Assembly (NCBI GenBank): GCA_015680685.1
Contig: MNCI01001903.1
Coordinates: forward strand, 415,148-479,147
Direction: 5' to 3'
From: Gnetum montanum
Taxonomy: Eukaryota; Plantae; Gnetophyta
Length of the DNA: 64,000 nucleotides
Within the stretch, counting starts at the first letter, position 1. Each line of letters starts with the position of its first letter. Made by a program: the position numbers and the translations under genes. The notes beneath the pieces are model-generated. The model was not told the DNA's origin. It worked only from the letters and a program-made list of their open reading frames with translations, and ran no database searches. Of the stretch, positions 51,690 to 64,000 are shown in pieces.

Positions 51690-52735
51690 TTATGCTAGAT
51701 AGCTTCTAGCATGCCTTACCATATCTATATATGATGGATCATATTTCATTCCTTGAACTTGATTATGAGAATAACAAATTCTTGTAGTTATGGAGACTAG
51801 GGTCTCTACCTTTGGCATCTTGGCTTGATGAAATCTATAAAGATTTTCTACATCTTGCTCCATATCATCTCTTTCCAAAACATTTTTGGTTCTCTAAATT
51901 GAGTGTTATCCATCAAGAATTCAAAACCAAACATTGTCATCATCAAGATATAAATCATATAATGGAGTGAACCCCTTGCCACTGTAGACCTTATAGACCA
52001 TTAGTATACAATCATGAACAATAGAAACAAGATCCTTGAACATTGAAGAGCGAAGTTCATTAACATGTTTCATATTCATCACTCTAATTCTATACTTATC
52101 AAGTTCCTAAGTACATTTTTCGATTTTAATTTGAAAGCTAGTTGAAAAATTAGGATGGAAATATGCCCTCTCAATTTTCACAATATTGGTCCTCTTGTTA
52201 GCAACTCTAATTATATTCTTAATTCTTAATTCAAATTTATTTTCTAATTTAAATGGAGTTATCAAGGGTGGTTCTTCTATAGACACCATAAGATGCACTA
52301 AAAGAGATCTTAGTAGATGTATAAACAGAACCTTGTTATATGAGTTTTATGGCTAATTCATATGATTCCTCATATAGAGAACTATAGATGATACTCTCAA
52401 AATTTTTCTTTGTTGTAGGAGCCTCTTTATAAGAAAATGTTACAACTCCACTCTCACTTCAATTAGAATTAATCCTATTTGCTCCATATCGTTTCATGGT
52501 AGCAACAGATCTAGTCCTATTTATGTCCAATGAACCAAGAAGAAATATACCGCTATGAAGTATAGTCCTAGTGGAAGAAAGCAATTTCTCTGACTAAGTG
52601 TAAATAATGTCATTATTCTCTATAGAAGTAGCAACCATAATTCCTTCACCCTCAAAGAAATTTTTATCCATGTCCCTTACAAAAATATGGATATCCTTGT
52701 GTCTACCCTCAAGCTTACAATTAATCATATACCAT
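51690..52735 (-). pseudogene. Decayed exon encoding a ParB/Srx-like 'DGQH' domain
   Basis: Single frame through ORFs 52107-52298 and 51690-51878: YRIRVMNMKHVNELRSSM...VWF*ILDG*HSI* (stops revert to W, Q, Q by single transitions). Confidence 0.55.
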
Positions 52736-52879
52736 GATCTAGCAAGATTCATTTGCATCTTGACATTTTGAACAATATTACCAATTTGATCCTACAACAT
52801 TACCAAGTTAAGAAATATGATGTACCAACGTTATCTAACTAATAGAATAAATAAATATTTTAAATCTAATGATCAGAGA

Positions 52880-55060
52880 TGCCAATATACTCAATGTAAT
52901 CCAACATGTTTTTTATGTAGGCCTCATGATTCAAGTTATGAAATATATATTCTTGAATGGAATCATGCATAGGTATGCAACCCCAAGGATGGAGCCATGA
53001 TACTAAGCACTAACAATCTCTCAATCCAATGAAATAGATCTAACATGTTTATGCATAATTGTACATCCTCCATGATTTAACTAGAAAACTAAGCATAAAA
53101 GAACTATCCACATACATGACAAGGACATGCAGGGATGTACAACCCATAGGATAGATTATATGAGAATCCTAATTACCTTCATTCATCATGAATATTGGAA
53201 ACAATGCATTGACCTATATCTCATATAAAATAATCATGGAACCAAGAAGGATATGTCTAGAAGGTATATCATCTAGAATGTGATCATTCATAGACATGGA
53301 ATCATAGGAATAGAACTAGGATACTCACATCATATTTAATGTGAACATTCAAGGTCATGCATCCTCTAAGAATTATCAATGACTAAGTTTTTTCATCATG
53401 CATGGACATGCAAACCATACATAATATCCATGACACCTATATGGAATGGTTGATGAGATATATCATATCAACTGAGATCATTCCCATACATCTTGTATTG
53501 AACTAGTATACCTAACATGAAATGTCTCTCCTATCGTAGGACATGTAAATGTGCAGATGTGCAACACTCATGATTGAAGCATGATACATGGGAACGAAAC
53601 CATGATACCCACATAATATCTAACATGAACACATATGGTCATGCATCCTCCAAGAATTATCTATGACTAAGTTCATTCATCATACATAAAGGAAACCATG
53701 CATGGATGTGCAATCCATATACTAGAGCCTTGACATTTAGCTAGAACAGTTTAGGAGATATATCATGTCAAACCATATCATTCTTGAACATCCTTTATCA
53801 AACTAGTATACCTAGCATCAAATGTTTATTCTAACATAGGATATGTAAATGAACATATGTGCAACACTAAATACAGAACCTTGATACATTAAAGCAATGG
53901 TCTCTTCTTTATCAAAATAGACCTAAAGTGGTGAATCACATTGAATGAAAACAAGCATGTTCATGCATCCTCCAAGAATTAACCCTCATTACATTTTTTC
54001 ACCATGAACCTTGGAAATATTACATGGACTTTCATCCCATATGAGATAACTAGAAAACCATGGAGAATAGGTTTAGACGGTGTATCATTTATAATGTAAT
54101 ATCTAATATGAACCTGCACAATCGTACATTTCTAGGAATTATCTCTAACTATGTTCATTCATCATGGACCAAGAAAATCATGCATGGATGTGTAACCCAT
54201 ATAATAGATCCATGACACTTAGATGGAATGATTTAGGAGATATATCATATCAAACGAGATCACACACTAACCATAAAACCCATATATCAAATCCATTACA
54301 CATATGGAACAATTTAGAAGTATACCTAGCATGAAATGTTTCTTCTACCACATGACATGAAAATGAACAAATGTACAACACTCATGATGGAACCATGATA
54401 TATAGAAATAAAACCATGATAGCCACTTGATATGTAACATGAACATGCATGGTCGTGCATCCTTTAGAAATTATCCCTAACTAATTTCATTCATCATGTA
54501 CCAAGAAAATCATGCATGGATGTGCAACCCACATAATGGATCCGTGATACATAATGGATTAGGAGACATATCATATCAAACGAGATTATTCCTAGATGAG
54601 AAACATCTTGTTCTGAACTTATGTACCTAGCATGAAATGCTTCCCCTACCATGAAACATAGAATTAATGGTCTTCCATTTATCAAATCAAACCTAATGTG
54701 GTGAATCATATAAAATGAAAACACGCACATTCATGCATCCTTCAAAAATTAACCTTGGTTATATTCATCCATCATAAACCTTAGTAATAATGCATGGAAT
54801 TGCATCCCATATGAGAGAACCATGAAATTAAGGATAGTTCTAGGAGGTGTACCATCTAGAACTTGCTATTTAATGTGAACATGCATCATCATGCATCTCT
54901 AGGAATTAGCCCAAACTACGTTTGTTCATCATTAACAAAAGAAATCATGGACGAACATGCAACCCATATAATATATCCATTATACATAGATGGAAATTAT
55001 GCACTAAATGATTCTCCTACAATAGGACAGGGACATCCATGTTCATGAATTCTTTATGAA
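52880..55060. repeat. Degenerate complex tandem array (subunits ~160-330 bp)
   Basis: Recurrent catgcatcctc..agaatta, gttcattcatcat and catggatgtgcaacccatat motifs near 53357, 53640, 53962, 54120, 54455, 54732 and 54889. Confidence 0.75.
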
Positions 55061-55141
55061 TTAGCCTAGATTACATTCATTGATAATTCACTATAAAAAT
55101 CATTTTACTAAAAATGTAACCCTAAGTGTAACATGCTCAAT

Positions 55142-57741
55142 AACTAAGAGTTCCTAGGTTATGGAATGCTTAGATGAGCAACCTTGAAAGATATGCAAAT
55201 ATACAATTCATGAAACATATTCTATGATGTATAGACATATGAGAATAATTTTTCTAGACTATGCTATATCAATATCCCATTTCATTATGTTGCACAGTCG
55301 TGCAACCTCTTTGATGGATTTTTATTTTATTTTCATTTGATGTATGCTATTGGAGGATACATCCATATTCAATTACATATAGGTAAAAAAGATACTAGTT
55401 TCTTATTCATTCTTCACAACTAAGAGTTCCTAGGTTATGAAATGCTCTAATGAGAAACCTTAAATGATATGTAAATATACAATTCATATGACATATTCTA
55501 TGATGTATAGACATATGAGAATAATTTTTCTAGATTATGTTGTATCAATATCCCATTTCAATGGGTTGCATGATCATGCAACGTCTCCCATGGGTGTTTT
55601 TTCTATTTGCTATATGCTATCAAAGGATATGTTCCTATTTAATTACATGCAGGGGAAAAAGATACTAGTTTTCTTGTTCAATCTCTATAACTAAGAGTTC
55701 TTGGGTTATGGGATTCTCAAACAAGCAACCTTGAATGATATGCAAATATAAAATTCATATGAGATATTCTATGAGGTATAGACATATGAGAATAATGTTT
55801 GTATATTATGTTGTATCAATATCTCATTTCAATGGGTTACATAGTCATGCAACCTCTTCCATGGATGTTTTTTTATTTGACATATGCTATCAGAGGATAT
55901 GTCCCTATTTAATCACATATAGGTGAAAAATACACTAGTTTTCTTATTCATTTTTTATAACTAAGAGTTCCTAGGTTATGGGATGCTTGGATGATCTACC
56001 TTGAATGATATGCAAATATATAAATCATATGACATTTTCTACGATGTATAAACATATGAGAATAAGTTCACTAAATTATGTTGTATCAATATCCCATTTC
56101 AATGGGTTAAATAGTCGTGCAAACTCTCCATGGGTGTTTTTTTCATTTGATGTATGCAATGAGAGGATACATCCATATTCAATCGCATACAAGTAAAAAC
56201 AATACTAGTTTTCTTGTTCATTCTCCGTAACTGAAAGTTCCTAGGTTATGGGATCCTTGGATAAACAACCTTGAATGATACACAAATATACAATTCATAT
56301 GATATATTTTGCAATGTATAGACATATGAGAATAATTTTACTAGATTATGTTGTATCAATATCCCATTTTAATGGGTTGCATAGTTGTCCAACCCCTCTC
56401 ATGAACATTTTTTTCATTTGACATATGCTATTAGAGGATACTTCCCTATTAGATCACATATAGACTAAAAATATACTAGTTTTCTCATTCATTCTCTATC
56501 ACTAAGAGTTCCTATATTATGGGATTTTTGGACAAGCAACCTTGAATTATACACAAATATATAATTCATATGACATATTCTATGATATATAGATGTTTGA
56601 TAATAATTTTGCTAGATTATGTTGTATTAATATCCCATTTCAATGGATTTCATGATCATGCAACCTCTTACATGGATGTTTTTTCACTTGACATATGCTA
56701 TTGAAGGATATGTCCCTATCTATGACATCCCATCCCCGTATGTCATGGAAAACATCAAATATATGTTATATTAGACATTATTCATAATAAGACAATCTAC
56801 CAAATGTGAAATATATGTAACATTCAACATTATGCATATAGGAAATAATAGAAAAAGTACAAAAAGAGAGAAAAGAATTCTTTGTTGATATAGAATAGAG
56901 TATTCAAATCCTGCTCTAAGAGTATTCCTTGGGGTTTTCTTCCTTTCGCATCTATTCCTTAGAGGCAATCTAGCACTACCACCATGGTTACGCCTATTAC
57001 ACATCCAAAAGAGATAGCCAATCCACTTCCTATCTCACTTCACCCAGCTCTCATGACTTGCCTTACCGGCTCTACCACTCCATGCCTGGCATGACCTCTA
57101 AGCCTAGGTATAAATGCCTTAGGTCAAACCCCCAAAGGTTACCTCAAGAGACACATTCGTTATTACAGCATGCCCTTTTGGGTCTTAATTACAATTTCCC
57201 TTTTGAGTCTTATCATAATAACAATAATACTTGTTATGAAGAGGCACCATCTTCATTAGGTAGTAACATCATTTGGGAATGGGGATGTGAAATTATTCAA
57301 TCACATACAGGCAAAAATGATACTAGTTTTCTCATTTATTCTATGTAGCTAAGAGTTCTTGGGTTATGAAATGTTCATATGAGAAATCTTGAATGATACG
57401 TAAATATACAATTCATATGACATATTCTATGATATATAGACATATGAGAATAATTTTTTTAGATTATTCTATATCAATATCCCATTTCAATTGGTTTCAC
57501 AATCATGTCACGTCGCCCATGAGTATTTTTTTCATTTGACGAACGCTATCAAAGGATACATCCCTATTCGATTACATACAGGTGAAAAAGATACTAGTTT
57601 TCTCATTCATTCTTTATAACTGAGAGTTCCTAGATTATGGGATGGTTAGATGAGCAACCTTGAATGATACATAAATATATGATTCATATGACATTTTCTA
57701 TGATGTATAGACATATGAGAATAATTTTGCTAGATTATGTT
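55142..57741. repeat. ~270-bp tandem satellite, about 7.5 units
   Basis: aactaagagttcctaggttatg at 55142, 55418, 55689, 55959, 56229, 56500, 57347 and 57618. Confidence 0.95.
56721..57292 (-). mobile_element. Solo family B LTR inserted in the satellite
   Basis: tatgacatcc...ggatgtgaaa; degenerate TSD ctatc/ttatt; unit spacing 847 = 270+572+5. Confidence 0.88.
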
Positions 57742-59319
57742 AATAATGTAACAAGATAATCTAGATAAAAGATCAACCTTGAATTAGATACCTAGCTATA
57801 ATTTATATGCCCTATTCTACGATGTATGGATACATTTAGATATTAAGATAAAATATAATATAAAATATTGATTTTTACAAGGAATCTCACTTTCATCTCT
57901 CATAATCCTTCATTATTTATTTTTGACAAGTCATTTTAAAAAAAAATAGAAATTAAAGAAGAATCATGGATAATGAGGAATAGTATCATGGAGAGATATA
58001 ATATTAACATACCATAGTTGCTAATGTGAATAGTCATAATTTAATAGGAGGGGACTAATTTAGAATACCAACATCAATAAGTCATCAAGATAGGAATATA
58101 TAGTGTACACCAATTATAACAAAGCTATAGATCCATTATGCATTAAATATGTGCAAACATAACAAAATGGACTATATGGCATGCCTACTTGAAGAATTAT
58201 TACATGAACTATATATCATGAACTATTTAAGGATCTACAATGAGTAGTTTTACATATCATTTAAAACTAAATCTTGTTATTAAAGAAAAATTTTAATTAA
58301 GACTAAATCATTTCTATAATTACATGGTCCTCCTTGACTTGTATATCTTGATTATACATCATGTTTTTTATGCTACAAAAATTGATTGAGACACATTCTT
58401 AGTAATTATAAGTTCAAATAACTTAACTATTACTAGTTCATACTAGCACTAATGACTATAATTTAGAAAGTACTATTATCTATATATTTACTCCTCATCT
58501 CTTGAAACTAAGAATTATATTCACATGTATAATTTCACTAAAACTACATTTACATGAAAGTACAGCTATAAGATATATCCTAATTTATGACAAAACATAA
58601 TACAAAGATGTAAATTAACTAAATAGTATTCACACATAGAAGTGTAAGTAATTTTTTACTTATAATATGTGCATCGTGTATTAATTGTGCTCAAAACACT
58701 TACTTGAGGACATAGGGCTACATGAATGCACTTGTCATTCCATTTTGGTTGGGGCATAAAAATCATATCATATAAACTCAATTATATAGTTTGTTTTACT
58801 ATTGAACTGAGATAGAGGCACTAAAATTAGTAAGAATGATGGTAAGGTAGAAAAGGTAGTAACATTTAAAATAGAACAAATCCTATCATACAAACTCAAT
58901 TATATAGTTTCTTTTTAACCAAGCAAGGCATAAACAAATCCTAATCTATATACTTTGCAACATGTACCCATTCAATAAACTATGCATACATAGCAATATT
59001 AAGAAAACAAAATTAATAAAAGCACAAAATTTTCCCTCTTAGGAAACTTAATTTAGCTCGAGCTATTGAATTATCAAACTAATCCACTCCATAGATACAT
59101 ACAACCATAGCAGTTTTCCTGGATCACAAGTATAACAAGCATCCAAATTAGAAAAGAGAAAATCAATGCATCATTTAAAAGACTTTGGAAACAAGCAGAA
59201 ATAATATATAACACCATGTCTATGACATCATGAATAAGATATCCAAATCTTCCTACTCTCTTTACAAACAGACTTCCTTAAAAAATTACAGTGCACCTAA
59301 ATATGTATCCAAACATTTA

Positions 59320-59890
59320 ATTACAATGGGAAAAAAAACATAATATATCTCCAAACATTCATTTGTATAGCATATAAAATCATAAAATCTCATAGTCTTC
59401 TATCTACACAAGTACTTTAGCCTAGCACTTGAAACTAGGGCATGCTAGGAAATCAAACAATGGAATAAGGAAGATGGTCATAAGCATTTTAAAAGTCTCA
59501 ATAAAAGCATAGAGATACTATCAACTGGAAAAAAGTCAAGGAACATAAAGACATGGGAGTAAGTAACCATAAATGTAAGATATAAATAAAAAATACATCT
59601 TAACCACAAGAGAATCTAACTACAATAATCATGAATATGCATCCATACATTTCAATATAATGAAAAAAAAAACATAATATGTCTCCAAAAATTCATATGT
59701 ATATCATATATGAATATAAAATATTAGAGTATTCCACCTACTCAAGTACTTTTGCCCAACAGTTAAAACAAAGACATTCCTAAAAATCAACCTAGGGAAT
59801 GCCAAAAAATTAGACTCGAGAAATAGTAAAGGAAAATAAAGACATGGGATTGAGTTATCATATACGAAATACATAAATAAATAATATAGC
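59320..59890. repeat. Degenerate two-unit direct duplication (~335 bp period)
   Basis: aaaaaaacataatat.tctccaaa.attcat.tgtata and aagacatggga each occur twice. Confidence 0.65.
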
Positions 59891-61779
59891 TTAAGCTTGA
59901 ACATAGCTATGCCAACATAATTTAGGGACCCAAAATTTAATCCTTGCAAAAGGTTTTCTACTCAAACTATTGTTTCAAAAGAATCTAGCCGCAATAATCA
60001 TGAATAAACTACAAACTGCAATAAAGGAATGATTCTTTCTTAGTATTGACTGTAGAACCTAAATCTTCCATTTTGCATAGAGATATGAATAAAACTAGGA
60101 CTCTTGTAGTCTTGTGCATGAAATTTAACTAGAGCATTCTAGGAAATCAAGCTAGGGCATGCTAGGAAATTTAACTAGCATATGCTAAGAAAATTAACAA
60201 GGTGAAGGTGAGAAATTAGGTCAATCAAACAAAATTTGACAAATTTTAAACCACTTCCTTTAACATTAGGGCCACTACCTTTGAAACTACAGCCACTATG
60301 TCATTCTACTAGGACCATAAAAATATAAATTTGATACTCTAAACAAGAAATAGAACAAATATATACACATTTTAGGCAATTTGCATAAAGCTTGCATGAA
60401 AGTGGCTCTAAGAACAGTGAATTTTGCATGATGTGGTAGTGATCAGAAAAAAACACCTTTAATCTTCTAACCGAAGGCACTATCTAGGAGTAAACACCTT
60501 CAATATTCTAAGCAAAGTAAGCACAAGCTTGTAGTGGAGTATGGAAGATAGAAGTGAGGTAGAGTATGAGCAACTAGTACGCAGTATTTGTCTAACAAGA
60601 GCTCATAATTTTGAAAAGGGGTTTATGATTAGGGTTTATTATGTCCATTATAACTATTTATTGTAATAAAGTTGAGCAAGAAAAAATTAAACACAGAATG
60701 TGTATTTTTAATATTCATGATTTTACACTAATCCTTTTAATAATTAAAAAAAATCATTTATTGAATCTAAATTTAAACTATAACTATAACTCTACAACTA
60801 CCTAGATAATGTTATTCAAGTAATGATGTGGCTAAGAAACATTTAAAGAGGATATCTTATCCTATTTAATCAAATCCAAACTAAGGGTTAGGATAAGGTA
60901 CCTTCCCTATTATCTTTCAAATCATTTAATAAATGATCCTTAGAATTATTTGCCTTATTTTTCTCCTTAAATCTACATTATATGTATCCAAACTCATCAT
61001 CTTTTATATTATGTTATTTGGAATTTTCTCATCCTATAGGTACTTTCCTTATCATTTTATTTAGAAATTTTTCATATTAACATTTTCCAATTGTAATTTA
61101 TGATATTTATAGAACATTTTTTAAAAAAATATGAATAAAAATTTACATAGACAATGTACATGGACATTCCCATGGTGCTTATGAAACATAAAATTGACCA
61201 TAAGTCTCAATCAAAATTTTCAATGAAAAAGTTCATAGTTCTTGATATAAAATTATCTTAGTACAAACATTGACCTATACCATCCTTGGGACAACATGAA
61301 GTATAAACGTAATGCTTGCTACTAGATTTGGAATTTTAAGTAACTTACTCTTAGTACAATCTTGTCTATGAGTAGATACACCAAGAACATGTTTAATAGT
61401 CAACATTAAAACCTAGGTTCTCCAAAATTAGTCTTACATGATCCAAAACCTTATTATATATATACAACCTTGATACATAAGTTATAGAAACCATCTATTT
61501 TCTGATAATTATAGATGATCGTAGAAGATATTAAATAGTCATAAGCATGATCACATACATCATAAATTAAGTTGTTAGAAATACAAACAAAGATAGTTCT
61601 TCTTACAAATTATTGTACAACAACATTTCGTAGGTGAAGACTTCTTGCTACCATTGTTATGCCAAGACTCTAATATAATTTCTAAATAGTCTAGATAATA
61701 AAGGAAAAAAGTGAATTTTCCTTGGATAAAACTTAAGCATAATAACAACACAACAACTATGAATGAAACTCTAAATAAA

Positions 61780-63400
61780 ATCATGATTGAATAATCCCAC
61801 ATGGATGAGGAGATCAAAACATAAAATATATAAATACATGCTTATTACATTGAGAACTTGGATGAGAACTTGTTTGGTTAATAATCATCTAACTATAAAT
61901 AATGTTTTACAATAGTCTTTGATGGTGATTCAACCACAATAATTACTAAAGCTTAAGCTCTAGTAATTATTGTCACTCAATCATCATCAAAATTTACCCC
62001 AACTCTATAGACATAGTAATGGAGAATAACCAAACCAAACTCTCATTTTTCATAGATATGGTATTAATATTTGCAATTCATAGTAAGATTTGTAGTCTTT
62101 TGTGCTTATGATTTTTACATTTCATCATAGCAATACGTCATATAGAAGCATGATTGAATAATCTCACATGGAGGAGGTCATGAGAACATAAATTATATAA
62201 ATGAATGCTTATTACATTAATAAATTGAATAAGAACTTTTTTGATTTAAAACCATCTAACTATGGATTAGGATTTGTAGCAAATTTTGATAGAGACAGAG
62301 CTACACTAATTGGTAGAGCTTAAACTCTAGTAATTGATGTAACTTAGTCCTCATCAAAATCTACCTCAAGTCTATTTACATAGTAAGGGAGAACAACTAG
62401 AGCAAGCTCTCTTTTTTTTTTTTTCTTTTTTTTTTTTGGTATTTCAAGTTATGATTAATCTTATATAATATAAACATACATTATAGTATTTATCTTGTTG
62501 TAGATTAATCTTATATGATTAATCTTGATTCTATTTGAGATTAATCATAAAGTATGTATAAGATTTATTTTCCTTTTGATTCGTTAGACTCTATGAAGTT
62601 AGTGTTTTGATCACTTCAAATAGGAAATGATGTGTGTGTGTCTGTGTGTGTATAAAATGTTTATTTAGTGATATTATGATACTATAGAAAGTTTATATGT
62701 GAAGGTATCTATAATCTTCTTTAAATCCCTCATACTATGCTATCAATCTTTAGTATGATTTGTCTTATATTGTAGTCTTTGTGCTCATGATTTTTACATT
62801 TCATCATAGAAATACAATGGATCTTATCTATACATTAATTAAAATTTCTTATTTCATGTTTGGCATATGTAAAAATCTTGATTCTATTCTAGATCATTAC
62901 CATGACAAAGGATCAAGAAAGTTTAATTGACATTATGTTTTCTTAAATAAGGTTAGGATCAAATGATGCTAAAACATTGTTGAAAACGAATTCTAAGATG
63001 CTTATTACTATAATATAGGTTTGGATTTAAATTATTTTTACATATGATTCATGAATATTTGACAATGAGAAATATCTTGAAAAAGATATTTAAAACCATT
63101 ATATGCACATAGGATTCATATATAAATAACAAGTGAGGATAAAGTAAAGAATCAAAGTGAATAAGAAAATATGCATAATCCCACATTGAAGAGGCAATGA
63201 CAAAGTGAAGAATATAAATGATTACTTTTTTGTAATGATAAATTTTAATTGGAAGTTATTTGGTTAAGAACCATCTAAGTATGAATCATGTTTTGAAGCA
63301 CACCATTGCGATGACCTAACCACACTAATTAATTCAGACATTAAGCTTTATAATTGGTGTAACTTAGTCACCATCAAAGTTTGCATCAACTCACTAGACA
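61780..63400. repeat. Three dispersed copies of a ~260-bp repeat (~61780, ~62148, ~63170)
   Basis: ataatc.cacat.ga.gagg...catctaa.tat...taa.ct.ta.taatt...catcaaa shared. Confidence 0.7.
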
Positions 63401-63401
63401 T

Positions 63402-63820
63402 TAATGAGCAACAGTTATCGCCTATGCCCAACCATACAAGTCACAAGCATTCATGCATGATCCGGTCGAATTCCATGGATGGGACTAGTTGTGGCACCTA
63501 GATCATTATGCCTTGATCATAGTTTGCTATCTTCCCACTTGGACTAGTGGTAGCTTTGTCACATATGGTTTAGTCCAAAGTGAGGCATATGATTGTTGAT
63601 GTGGTTTGGCCTTATGCTACTCCTAACAGTAATAGAGAAATTAATTATCTAATCTAATTAACAATGGAAAGATAAAGTCTAAACTAGCTTATGGGTGATG
63701 AGTGTCTATTCCTAGCTTGCTGAACATGTCCTAAACCAATGTATCCACTACTGAGATTACCAAGTGCTATGCTACTGGGTGAACCAAGTGATAACACTAT
63801 TGGGATTACCAAGTGTTGAA
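63402..63820 (-). repeat. Partial family D LTR
   Basis: cccaaccatacaagtcacaagcattcatgcatgatccggtcgaatt matches 37700-37750; gggattaccaag motifs match 22278 and 38035. Confidence 0.75.
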
Positions 63821-64000
63821 CCCTAAAATTTGTCCAATTTTAAAATAAATATCTTTGTAAAATTTATGTATTTAAATTGATTTTATTTAAATATCTTTTT
63901 TTAATTAATTATTATTTTAATAATGATAAGAATTAGTTTATTGATTTGTTTTATTTTAATTAATATGATATATGATTATATATTAATATAATTATAAATA

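Noticed and set aside
55142-57741. CRISPR array, or coding repeat (MICKY... ORFs)
   Set aside because: Whole 270-bp units are homologous with no unique spacers; the ORFs are by-products of the repeat
44808-60540. CACTA termini around the ParB/Ulp1 region
   Set aside because: Only 5-bp chance-level matches (tacta, tagtg); no extended TIR or 3-bp TSD found

Overview
AT-rich, gene-free heterochromatin, probably from a land plant (inferred from the Athila/Tat-type gag-pol, NB-ARC and plant-type 5S sequence). It consists of nested, mostly decayed LTR retroelements, with no intact host gene. Three non-routine items stand out. (1) An old non-autonomous LTR element (family B; two near-complete copies at 1-6842 and 38941-44811, plus solo/partial LTRs) lacks gag-pol. 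It instead carries a 5S rRNA internal-control-region fragment and an intronless CCR4-type deadenylase (EEP) gene. (2) A younger solo-LTR family (family A; 2553-5630, 30820-33096, 45399-47801) has a conserved R/U5 half and conserved terminal ~30 bp. The 1.2-1.7 kb U3 half between them is completely different and CpG-rich in each copy, and one copy carries an NLR NB-ARC fragment. (3) A decayed minus-strand multi-exon gene region combines a ParB/Srx-like 'DGQH' domain with a Ulp1 (C48) protease, next to two tandem-repeat arrays, and is probably a DNA-transposon accessory gene. A near-identical 220-bp inverted duplication (23880-24099 / 45175-45394) marks a recent rearrangement junction. All alignments and translations were done by eye; boundaries of old elements are approximate.
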